Assembly (NCBI GenBank): GCA_035221665.1
Contig: CM069150.1
Coordinates: 12,400,001-12,464,000, forward strand
DNA from: Okamejei kenojei
Taxonomy: Eukaryota
Direction of reading: 5' to 3'
Length of the DNA stretch: 64,000 nucleotides
The notes below the pieces were generated by a model. The model saw only the letters and a list, made by a program, of their open reading frames with translations, had not been told where the DNA came from and did no database searches. Shown one piece after another: positions 25,460 through 36,739 of this stretch (within the stretch, counting starts at the first letter, position 1; the number at the start of each line of letters is the position of its first letter). Position numbers and translations under genes: made by a program.

Positions 25460-27019
25460 AGATCCTTGCTGGGTTATCAATTTTGCCAGACTAATAGAGG
25501 TCACAGCCTCGGGGGGCCGAGATACGGGCCCGCAAAGTCGGCCATGGATGTCGGCACTAGGAACAATTTTGGGAACAGTAATTTTGTCCAGATTAAAGGA
25601 TGTGATGGACCACCAGGTTGCCAGGAAATTGGTAGTGGACCTGTGGAGGTTAACTTGCACTTCTTCCAATTTTCTATACTCAATGTTGGGCTCATGATGT
25701 ACTCCTTTACTTTGGAGGAACTGAATACAGTTTGAGCACCTTTTTGTGGTATCAAGGATGACCCTCAACTTCCGATTGTCAGTTTAATTCTCTATCCCAT
25801 TCCCACTCTAACATCTCTGGCTCTGCTTCCCTACACTGTTCCAATAAAGCTGAATACAAACCCAATGAACATCACGTCACTTTGTAACATGATACTTTGT
25901 AGCTTTCAGTACTTAAAATTGAATACAACGCTTCAATATTACCAGCCATTGTTGTTTTGTTTCATACATTTTCAATGTTATTTTGTTTTTCTCACTCCTT
26001 TTCTGGTATTATGTATTTCATTCAACTTCTGTTATTTAATCTACTTCATGGAAACATTACCACCCAGTTGCTACCACTGTTCCTTGTGTCTTTTAGTCTC
26101 TCCTGGTCCATCTTAATGTAGATTTTCACTTTTGTTCCTTTCACTCATTCCTTATTATGCATCTTAAGACTTGATTTTATTATGAACACTGTGGTTTTGA
26201 TAAAAGGATATTGAGTTGAAACATTGACTCTGTCCATCATCCATTGTTTCTCTACAACCAGAACCGGAAGGGTTTAAGAAACAACAGGGAAAAATTAAGA
26301 TGTTTTAAAGGAGAGGTGCAGCTATTTTCCTTGTTATGCAGCACAGGGATAAACACACCAATGTGCTACAAATACAGTTTGCATTGCTTTGAATGGTTGT
26401 AATCATTACAGTGATCCCTGCAGAGCTTGACATTCTGAGGTAGTTTTTGAATGGATCTAGATTTGGTATTGCTTGCTCAGTGTGTGCCAAAACCAAGAGG
26501 ACCAAGGATGGATGGATATTGGTTGCTGTCAGTAAACTTGCTATGATCTGCTGCCATTGGTAATCACTACAGGAAACAAGTCTGAGCAGAGACAACAGTG
26601 ACGAGCTACATGTCTTAGGGTTGAAATGAGATATGGGGTGGTTAGTTTGGAGGCTATTACTGTATTGTAAAGGAATCAATTCACTTCATCCTACTTCACC
26701 AGAATAGCTTCTTCCCAGCTACAATCAAGCTCTTGAACACTAAACACTTCAGAAAATATGATCTTCCATTGACTGTATCTTTGCTTGCACTACAAACCTA
26801 ATTTGTTTTCCACTATTATGGTTACCAGTAATATGGTTAATAATTCATGTATTTATGTTTCTTATGTATTTATGTTTATGTGATGTTGATATTATCACTG
26901 TGTTATTACATTTATGGGCTTGTTAAACTGCAGCAAGTAAGAATTTCAATGTTCCGTTGCCGATAGATGACAATTAAATTCTATTGGCTCTCTTGAGAGT
27001 GGTGAAAGGGATAAGCATT

Positions 27020-27812
27020 AGCAACACATTGGTGCAGTGGTAACGTTGCTGCCTTACAGCACCAGATACCTGGATTTGATCATGACTACAGGTGCTGTCT
27101 GTTTGGAGTTTGTATGCTCCTCTGTGACCGTCTGCGTTTTATCTGGATGCTCTGGTTTCCTCCCACATTCGAAAGAGTACAGGTTTGTAGGTTAATAGGT
27201 TTATGTAAATTGTCCCGAGTGTGTAAGATAGAAGTAGTGTATAGGTGATTGCTGGTCGGTGCAAACTTTTTGGGCGGAAGGTCCTATTTCCACCCTGAAT
27301 CTAGGGTTGCCAACTTTCTCACTCCCAAATAAGGAGCAAAAAGTCACAATAAGGGACATATTCCCGACGGCAATTCGTTGACTGACTCGGCCGTGGCTGG
27401 GTGAATGATGAGTTGGCCCCGGTGGGGGACTGCACACAAAGCCCAGCCGGCGGGCCAGCTGAGGAGTTTTGGCCCGGGCCGCTTGACGTCGCGCGCAAAG
27501 TCCAGCACCCCATCCAACTCATGAACCGATGTTTGGCCATGAGGAGGGGTGATGGTCTTACTGTCGACGTTAATCTAAGGACCGAAGGTCGGACAGCTGG
27601 CCGGGGGCTGCTGCGCTCCATGGGCTGCACTACGTTGGGACGGGTGAGGCGGTGCCGGACGCGGCGCTCCGACTCGACAGTCCCCTCGACCCGAGTAGTA
27701 GCAGTCAAATACGGGACAAGGGCGGTCCCGTATGGGACATACCAATTTAGCTCAATATACGGGATGTCCCGGCTAATACATTGGCAACCCTACTTGTATC
27801 TCTAAACTAAAC
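27020..27812 (+). mobile_element. HE1-like SINE interrupted by a hAT MITE
   Basis: tRNA-like head (GGTGCAGTGGTAACGTTGCTGCCTTACAGC); the CTAAACTAAAC tail resumes after the insert. Confidence 0.7.
27302..27792. mobile_element. hAT (Blackjack-like) MITE
   Basis: TIRs TAGGGTTGCCAA / TTGGCAACCCTA; imperfect 8-bp TSD CCTGAATC / CTTGTATC. Confidence 0.8.
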
Positions 27813-28119
27813 TGTAACCGTTGGCCCAGTGACAGGGTGGGGCAATGATAGTGGTGGGATAATGCTAGGGTTGGTGCCATTGTGAGGGTTAGTCATGCTG
27901 GGGGCGGGGAAATACTGGACTAGGGTTATGCTGGAGGTAGTCATACTAAGGGGGTGGTGTCATACTGTGGGTGGTGCCATGGTAGGAGCGGTGCCATGCT
28001 GGGGATGGAGCAAGGCAGCGGCTGCGGCTGCGGGTTTGATCCGGTGGTGAGGATGGAAGATGGGGGGGGGGGGGGGGGGAGGAGGCAATGACAGTGACCA
28101 CTGGCTACCATTAGACCAA

Positions 28120-28616
28120 ACTGGCCGCCAGTCTGCGAAGTGGGGCGTGGCAACGTTGGCGAAGGCGGGTGTGGCCTTGACGCGGAGCCGGGATTGGGCG
28201 CAGTGACTGGGGCGTGGCCATGGCAGCGCGTGGGGCCGTGGGGCGGGTGGGAGGCGCGTCAATGACGGCCGGTGGGGGCGGGGCCATGGCGGCGGGTGGG
28301 GGCGTGGCCATGGCGGCGGGTGGGGGCGTGGTCATGGCGTGGCATGGCGGCGGGTGGGGGTGGCGGTGGGGGCCGTGATGGGGGCGTGGCCATGGCGGCG
28401 GGTGGGGGCGGGGCCATGGCGGCGGGTGGGGGTGGCGTGGCCATGGGGGCCGGGGGTGGGGGCAAATATACAAGGGGGCGTGGCCATAGCGGCGGGGTCA
28501 CGGCAGCGGGGGGGGGGGGGGGGTAGGGCAGGAGGGAGGGGCTGCGTTGCTCGGCGCCGTTGAGCCGCCCGCCCGCGGTGCGCGCGAGGAGCAGTTTGTG
28601 AGGCGCTGTCCGCAGG
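28120..28616 (+). promoter_or_regulatory. CpG-island / GC-box-rich bcl2l1 promoter or 5' leader with a ~24-bp minisatellite
   Basis: Repeated GGGGGCGTGGCCATGGCGGCGGGT units (Sp/KLF GC boxes), high CpG density, directly upstream of the bcl2l1 ATG. Confidence 0.7.
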
Positions 28617-29085
28617 ATGTGCAGCAGCAGTGAGCTCGTCACCCACTTCCTGCGCTACCGACTGCAGCAGCGGGGCCACAGTTGGAGCCGGCTGTGTGAG
28701 CAGGATGCCGCGGCCGAACACAGGACTCAACTTTGATGTCGCCGATGATTTCAATGACAGGCACGAGGCCGAGCGCACCTGCCAGGCCCTGCGAGAGGCC
28801 GCCGAGGAATTCGAGCTGCGCTACCGCCGGGCCTTCAGCGATCTGTCCGCTCAGCTGCGCGTCACCCCGGACACTGCCTACCGGCGTTTCGAGCAGGTAG
28901 TAGGTGAGCTGTTCCGCGACGGCGTCAACTGGGGCCGGTTGGTCGCATTCTTCTGTTTCGGGGCGGCGCTGAGTGTAGAGAGCGCCGAGAAGGAGATGGG
29001 TGCACTGGTGCCACGGATCGCCCATTGGATGAGCACATACCTGGAAAGTAATCTGGAGCCGTGGATCCAACAACACGGCGGCTGG
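28617..29085 (+). CDS. bcl2l1: Bcl-2-like protein 1 (Bcl-xL), first coding exon; BH4 in frame 0 (28617-28733) and loop/BH3/BH1/BH2 in the +1 frame (frameshifted as assembled)
   Basis: MCSSSELVTHFLRYRLQQRGHSW (BH4), ALREAAEEFELRYRRAFSDL (BH3), ELFRDGVNWGRLVAFF (BH1), WIQQHGGW (BH2); phase-0 donor TGG|GTAAG at 29085/29086, the mammalian intron position. Confidence 0.93.
28894..28902 (+). promoter_or_regulatory. Bcl-xS-type alternative 5' splice site CAG|GTAGTA
   Basis: At FEQ|VV, exactly 189 nt (63 codons) upstream of the xL donor, as in mammalian BCL2L1. Confidence 0.7.
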
Positions 29086-30714
29086 GTAAGGATGGTGGCG
29101 GAGCTTCATTCATCCCAGCACTGCGGGAATCTTCCCCTGCGACCTCTCTCCACTGAGACTCCCGGTCCTGACCGTATCATTTTCGTAATGAAGAAGGTCC
29201 CGACCCGAAACATTCACTCCCTCCACATATGCTGCCGGATCTGCTGAGTTACTGCAGCATTTTGTGTTTTGCTCAGTATTTCAGCATCTGCACTTTCTTG
29301 TGTCCCCCTCGGATCTGTTCTCCAACACGCATTGTGCTGGATTGTCCCCAGTATAAAGCACCTACCTCCGGATCCTCCAGAAATCTGACGACCCGCGCCC
29401 TTATCCTCAACCGTGCCTTAACACTTATTCCAAAATACAATTACATTGCCTCCAATTGTAACCCCTGTGTAAAATTCGTGACCCTTTCCGATTCTGCTAG
29501 ATTATCTGAAATTTTGATGCTACCCCACGCACATCTTTTCTCTAACTAGGTATGTAATTGCCGCTATCCTCGTTTTGTTTTCCTCCTTTTTCAGTAAACC
29601 GGATATACAATCCTGTTTGGACTCTTGCCCCAGCATACGTGATTCCCGCACCAGCTCCACGCATAATATGCCCTGGAGACCCGAGACCCCCGTCTCTCGG
29701 TGACCTTATTCCAGCTATCCTGTTTGCAACTCGGGATTCATGACCTTTGAGCCCCTATTATTAAATCGCATTGTTATCTTGCTCTCAACATAAAGGGCCA
29801 CAACCTTGTGACCCAATGCATTGATATTTTTCTCCCAACAAAAGTGGAGGTTGATGGGAAGTTGCAAGAAAAGTTGAGTTGACCATAGAGGTGGTGTGGC
29901 ATCAGAGACAATATTTTGAAAAAGAAAATGTGATTGTTCATATTGTTCATAATTCAACAAAGCTTCAGTGGGACATCAAATATGAATCCAGTCAGGTTTA
30001 GCCCAAGCAAAATATAAAGTTTTAGTTTTGGCCACAGTTCAAATACTACGGGACATAGCTTTAAGGGAGAAGGGCAAAGTTTAAAGGAGATCTGCAGGGC
30101 ATTTTTTTTTACACAGATGATGGTGAGTGTCTGGAATGCAATGCTTGAAGCAGATACGTCGGTGGCATTAAAAATACTTTTGTGTAGGAATATGGAGGTG
30201 CATGGAATGTACAGATATGGGTTATGTGCAGGTAGCTAAGTGATAGTCTTATTATCATGTTTGGCACAGACTTTGACGTTTTTCACTGTACGCCAGTATA
30301 CGTGACAATAAAATGAACTGAACTTGTGTTGTACTATTCTATGTTCTATTAATTCTGTTCCATCCATTACTGCATCTGAATTGAAAGCGGCACACAAGTT
30401 AATGTGGGATTAAGGTGATTTATTTGGCAGTGTGTGCAAGCTGAGGGAATTCATTGCAGAGCCTGTTGTGAATGATGGATTAGCTAGGAAAGGAATCATT
30501 AAAGGTAAGTGCTGGGACGGTTTGTGGTGAGAAACAGGGGACGTCCCGCAGTAGAACTGAACAATTGGTGATGAGAACAATCTGGATGTTGCTGGTAGGA
30601 TATCATGTGAAATGGAGAGATATGAGTATTGTCTCATAGGGTATCTTTGACAAGACAATGTTGCTGCTGTCATTTAGGATTATCAAGTGCAGTCTTTGTG
30701 ACTGATATAATAAC

Positions 30715-31430
30715 AAGGAACTGCCAATGCCGTTTTATTAAAGAAAGACACAAAGTGCTGGAGTAACTCGGTGGGCCAGGAAGCATCTCTGGGGAACATG
30801 GATAGGTGTTAATGGTCAGGACCCTTCTTCAGCCTGGGGATTGTTAGCCGTGTAAGGAATGTAGGTGGAGGGGGGAAAATGGGAGCAACTGGCCCTAGAT
30901 CAGCCAGTATTCAGGGGATGGGGAAGGGGGATGTTTGTTGAAGTTACCTAACATTGGAAAATTCAATATTCATACCGTTGGAATGCGAGGTGTTGTTCCT
31001 CCAGTTTGCGTGTGGCCTCACTCTGGCAGTGGAGGCCCAGGATAGAAAAGTCAGTATGGGAATGGGAAGGGGAGTTAACATGGCTGGAAATTGGGAGATT
31101 CCTACATTTGCAATTTTTTCTGTCCCTGAGCTTCAAAATTTGCAACTCTTTATTGTTTCAGGCTCACATCTGTTTTTTTTCTTATCTCTGTCCATCAATT
31201 TGCGTATCAAAAACCCCACTCGCCAGTGGTTCATCTATTACCGGACGTACTTTGTCCTGCTTCTCCTCTATTCCAGCTTTCTTTACTGCCTCACCCGTTC
31301 CCCCAGCCCCCCCCCCCCCCCCTTCCCGCAATCAGGCTGAAGAAGGGTAGTGACCCGAAACATCACCTATCCATGCTTTCCAGAGGTGCTGCTTGACTTG
31401 CTGAGTTACTGCAGCATTTTCTGTCCTTGT
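30715..31430. mobile_element. Penelope-like element remnant with inverted termini
   Basis: Minus-strand HFNSPSHSHTD..LEEQHL-like remnant; terminus on both strands; hammerhead core at 31337-31364. Confidence 0.7.
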
Positions 31431-32067
31431 AAGTTATGCATTAATTCATAATTGTTGACAGATACAGCATGAAAACAAGCCCTTTGGACCACTGGCCATC
31501 AACCACCCATTTGTTTTTTAAATTTGAATGGCAGTGTGAGGACAAAATTAAACTGAAAATTGGATACAAATGAGAGAGGGCATTTAGTTAAAAATGTGAC
31601 AAAAACAGTGTTAATACAGAAGTAATACAGAATACAGTGTTAATACAGTATTCCCAAAACTACAATGTTACATTTTTGAGACATAGTTTTGAATGTGAAG
31701 AGTCAAGCGGAATGCTAGAAATTTACAGATTATCATACTTTATTGCATATTCCGTCTGATGAAGTGATATTCCAATGACGTGATTATGATGTTAAAGGCT
31801 GAATATAAAGTGATACATTAGGAGTAATTAGTGAAGCCTTTCCGTGTGTCGATGGGTTTGTATGCAAGAGGCAGCTGAATTACAGAGTTGCTGTTCGTTG
31901 CATATGGTTGCACATTGCCAGCACATGTATATAATTGTAATCCAATTCCTGTACTCCACGACAAACTGGGATATTTTAATCTACGTTAACAGACTGTTCC
32001 ATGAATAAATATCCTCTATATCTGTAATTTAGGATTATCAAGCGCAGTCTTTGTGGCTGATGTAATA

Positions 32068-32861
32068 ACACAACATATAACCCTCCGACATTTTCGCCAG
32101 TTCCAAGGGGATCCTACCACTGGCCACATCTTCCCATCTCCTCCCCTTTCTGCTTTCTGCAGAGACCGTTCCCTCCTTAACTCTCTGGTCAATTCGTCCC
32201 TTCCTACCCAAACCGCCCCCTCCCCGGGTACTTTCCCTTGCAACAGCAGGAAATGCTACACTTGTCGCTTTACCTCCCCCCTCCACTCCATCCAAGGACC
32301 CAATCAGTCTTTCCAGGTGAGGTAGTGGTTCACCTGCACCTCCTCCAATCGCATCTGCTGCATCCACTGTTCCAGGTATCAACTTCTCTACATCGGCGAG
32401 ACCAAGCGCAGGCTCGGCGATCGCTTCACTGAACACCTTCGCTCAGTCCGTACTAACCAACCTGTTTTCCTGTTTGCTCAGCGCTCCAACTCCCCCTCCC
32501 ATTCCCAATCTGACCTTTCTGTCCTGGGCCTCTTCCATTGCCAGAGTGAGGCCCAGCGCAAATTGGAGGAACGGCACCTCATATTTCGCTTAGGTAGTTT
32601 ACACCCCAGCGGTATGAACATTGACTTGTCTAATTTTAGAGAGTCCCTGCTTTCTCCCTCCTTTTCCTCTCCCTCCCCCTTTCCCTTCCCAGCTCTCCCA
32701 CAAAGTCTACTGTATCTGCCTCTTCCTTTCTTTTCTCCCCCCTCCCCATCCCCCCCCCCGACATCAGTCTGAAGAAGGGTCTCGACCCGGAATGTCGCCC
32801 ATTCCTTCTCTCCATAGATGCTGCCTCACCTCCTGAGTTTCTCCAGCGTTTTTTGTCTACC
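32068..32861 (+). mobile_element. Penelope-like element 3' part (GIY-YIG endonuclease) plus terminus
   Basis: PGTFPCNSRKCYTC...LLYIGETKRRLGDRFTEHLRS...LEERHLIFRLGSLHPSGMN. Confidence 0.9.
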
Positions 32862-34489
32862 CTCTATGTCTGTAATATTTGTCTAAAATTTTAGGCATTT
32901 TGCACAGTCAATCACTGAGGTCCCAAGAAAGACATACAGCGTGGAAACAGGCCCTTTGGCCCATTGAATTTACAGAAGCCAATTGACCTACAAATCTGCA
33001 CATCTTTGGAAGGGGGGGGGGGGGGAACCAGGGCACGTGGGGAAACCCATGTGGTTACAGGGAGGTTGTACTTGGTGCGGATCTGATTTTCTGACTGACG
33101 GACTCTCTGCAGGTCTGGTCCAACGGTGTGGCTCTTCTCAATGGTCTCGGTGTTTGGCTGTAAGACAATGGTGGGCTTGGCAATCTCCTTGCCATTTTTG
33201 TGCCCTATATCTCCGATGATCCTTGGAGAGCAATCCTATCAGTTCCATCCACCTGCACTTTTGTTCTCAAGCGCCTGTTTGAAAGCACTGATCCATTTTA
33301 TTTCAACCGCCTTCTGGCAGTGAATTCCAGATCATAAACGCTTTGAAATAAAATAAAATTCTCACATCCTCATGCATCTTTTACTCAAGAATGGGATCAG
33401 CTTCCCTCTATTTTACTCTGTCTAAACCAGTGATGATCTTCTACTGGTCTATTAAACATTTGCATCAAGGGGAACACCAAAATACATTTTTGAAAAGTTT
33501 TCTTCCCTGGAATCAGCTTGGTGAAGTTTCTTGGTGAAGTATCTCCAATGCAGCTATACCCATTCTTGGATAAGGAACCTAAAATGGTGTGCCATACTCC
33601 AGGTGTGGTCTTACCAAAAGTGTTTTGTGGTTGCAACAGGACCGGTTTCCTTTTGCATTCCATACCCTGGGGTGATGCTTAAATGTAGTTACGACTCCCA
33701 CAGAGTCACAACTGATATATTGCTTGCAGGTAACTGCACTCTTATTGAATACTGGGTACAATGAGACCCACTGTTACCTCGGGTGTGGAACACTGTTGGA
33801 ATTTCAAATATGACTAGTCAATGATTACAATTCACCTTTTACAGTGTTCAGAAATCTCTCACTGATTAATCCAGTAAATTGCTTTCATTTTCTCTGCACT
33901 GCAGTGTATGTGCATTACCCTGTTCTGAGTAATAATGTTCCTTGTAGCATTTTATTTTGCTGCTTTCAGCATCTGAGTAAATCTCTGAATGGTTCCAGGT
34001 TCCTTTAGAGGTCACTAATTCATGTGAAAGTGCAGAATGCTGTGCTATTAATCTGAATGGTGTCAGATCAGTGAACATACCTATTAATTGTAACAGTCAA
34101 TCCTCTGATAAAATGAGAGCTGATGAGAAGTCCTTGCCCCAGAAGTACTGGACAGATGTAATAATCACAATATCTTTATGTGGCATGCATGCCTAACAGA
34201 AGAGGCAGTGCCTCAGCCTCAAGTAATGTTTAATCATCTTTGGTATTAAATGGCAGATCAGTTTCAATGGATTGAATGGTACCTTCCGGTTTCTGCACTC
34301 TGCTAGTTTTCCACCTAATGTACCATGTTATCTCAGAAGCAAGCACCATTAGTGATACAGCATAGCATGGGTGCAATACTATGTTTGTTGTTGTGTGTCT
34401 TGTACCTGGAGATGCTCTGTAAAGGAGAATTGATGAGTTGGATAGGGTGTGGACTGAGAGTAGAAATGGAGAGTGAAGCACATGAACCC

Positions 34490-36735
34490 AAGAGAATAGA
34501 AGCAGCAGTAGGTCATCAGGCCTTTCATGCCTGCCCCGCCAGTTAAAATGATCATGGGTAATCTATGCTGCCCTCGAGTCTTTTGTGCCATTTCTCCATA
34601 TTCTGTTCTTCGATCTATTAAACATTTATCCACCTCCCCTCTAAAAGCTGAATAGATAGAAAATTGGCTTCATGGAACGAAGCAGATGGTGATGGTGGAA
34701 GATTGCTTTTTGGACTGGAGGCCTGTGATTAGTGAGGTGCTTCAGGGCTTGGTGCTGGGCCCATTGCTGTTTGTCATCTATATCAGTGATCAGGGATAAG
34801 AACGTACATGGCATGATTAGCACGTTTGTAGATGACAAAGTATTGTAGTATTGTAGATAGTGAAGATGGTTGTCATCAATTGCAGCAGGATCTTCATGGA
34901 AAACTTTATTGTCATTCAGACCTTGCGGTCTGAACAAAATTTCCTTGCCTGCAGTCATACATATAGTAAATAACAAAACACACAATAAACACATATTTAA
35001 CATCCACCATATATTTAACATCTGACCATCTTGATCAGTTGAACGGATGGCTGAGGAATGGTTGATGGAATTTAATACAAAAAAATCTGATTTGTTGCAT
35101 TTTGGGAAGTCTTAATATCGCCAGGACCTAAACAGTGAATGATAGGGCTCTGGGGAGTGTTGTGGAGCAGAGGGATCTAGGAGTGTAGGTACTTAGTTCC
35201 TTGAATGTGGCGTTACAGGTACTTGGGGTAGTCAAAACCTTTTTCATCAGTCAGGGAGTATTGAATACAAAGGTTGGGAGGTCATGTTGCAGTTATATCA
35301 GACATTGGTGAGGGCACACTTAAAGTATTGTGTTCAGTTTTGGGCATCATATTATAGGAAAGAAGATGACAAGCTGGAAAAGGAGCAGAGAAAATTTATG
35401 AGGATGTTGCCAGGATTCGAGGGCCTGACCTAGAAGGAGAGGTTGAACAGGTGAGGACTGTGTTCCTTGGAGAGCAGAAGGATGAGGGGTGATCTTATTG
35501 AGGTGCACAAAATCATGAGAGGAATAGATTGGGTAAATGCACAGTCTCTTGCCTAAAGTAGTGGAATCAAGAACCAGAGGACATAAATTTAAGATGAGGA
35601 TGGAAAGATTTAATAGGAACCCGAGGGGTAACGTTTTTTACACAAAGGGCGGTGGGTGTATGGAACAAGTTGCCAGAGGAAGTAGATGAGGCAGGTGCTA
35701 TCGCAACGCATAAGAAATATTTAGACAGGTACAAGGATAGAATGGGTTTTGACAGATATGGGTGAAACGCAGGTAGGTTGGATTAGTGTAGATAGGACAT
35801 GTTAACAGGTGTGGGCCAGTTGGGCCGAAGAGCCTGATTCCACGCTGTATGACTCCAAATAAGTGTAATAATCAAGCTTATACCATCCACTGAGCAGGGA
35901 ATTCCAGACCAATGGGTAACTTTCTTAAATTTGCTCTGAAAGTAGAAAATGCTGGATGAACTAATCGGAGAGAAACCGTCAATACTTTCAGCTGTGGACC
36001 TTTGGTCAGAGCATTTGAAATGTAAACCTTACCTCCACAGTTGCTGCTTCACTTCCTTGGAATTTACAAAACTTTCTGTTTTTAATTTGATTTCCAGCTG
36101 TTGGAGGAGCCAGGGGGTAGGTTTACCAAAACATACGGAAAGCTTCGAGATTTGAGGATGGAAGTCATTGGATGTCCGCAATAGTTCAAGATAAAAACGG
36201 CCAGAATGGCCATTTTGAAAAATGGGAACCTAGTTGATGGAGCCTTGAGGAATCCAATAGAACATTATGAGGATGTTGCCAGGACTAGAGGGTCTGAGCT
36301 ACAGGGAGAGGTTGAGTAGGCTGGGACTCTATTCCTTGGAGGGCAGGAGGATGAGTGGGTGATCTTATATAGGTGTATAAAATCATGAGACGAATAAATT
36401 GGGTAGATAGATAGTCTCTTGTCCAGAATAGGTGAATCGAGGACCAGAGGTCATGGGTTTAAGGTGAAGGGGAAAAGTTTAAGGTGAAGGGGAAAAATGG
36501 GTGGTAGGTGTATGGAACAAGCTGCCAGAGGAGGTAGTTGAGGCAGGGAGTATCACCAATGTTTAAGAAACAGTTAGACAGGTACATGGATAGGACAGGC
36601 TTGGAGAGATATGGTCCAAACACGGGCAGTTGCGACTAGTGTAGCTGGGATATTTTGGCCAGTGTGGACAAGTTGGGCTGATGGGCCTGTTTCCATGCTG
36701 TATCAGTGAAGGGGCTGTTTCCGTGCTGTATCAGG
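34490..36735 (+). mobile_element. Cluster of degraded CR1 LINE fragments
   Basis: Repeated CR1 3' motifs (GAGGATGTTGCCAGGA..., GGGTGTATGGAACAAG..., CTGTATGACTC tails). Confidence 0.75.
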
Positions 36736-36739
36736 ACAG

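Noticed and set aside
28734-28751. UGA readthrough or selenocysteine at the BH4 stop
   Set aside because: Frame 0 hits another TGA four codons later and encodes no BH domains, so readthrough cannot restore the protein.
28694-28760. 67-nt GT-AG micro-intron that would restore the bcl2l1 frame
   Set aside because: The phase works (CT|GTGTGA...GACAG|G), but the donor is weak, there is no polypyrimidine tract, and vertebrate BCL2L1 has no intron here. The better donor at 28696 gives the wrong phase. Not excluded without RNA data.
27941-28778. Pro-rich minus-strand ORFs
   Set aside because: By-products of the GC-rich promoter minisatellite.
28630-29247. ORF-track 205-aa protein taken as the complete Bcl-xL
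   Set aside because: It starts at a GTG in the wrong frame for BH4 and runs past the splice donor; the true N-terminus is at ATG 28617 and the true C-terminus is in exon 52853-52993.
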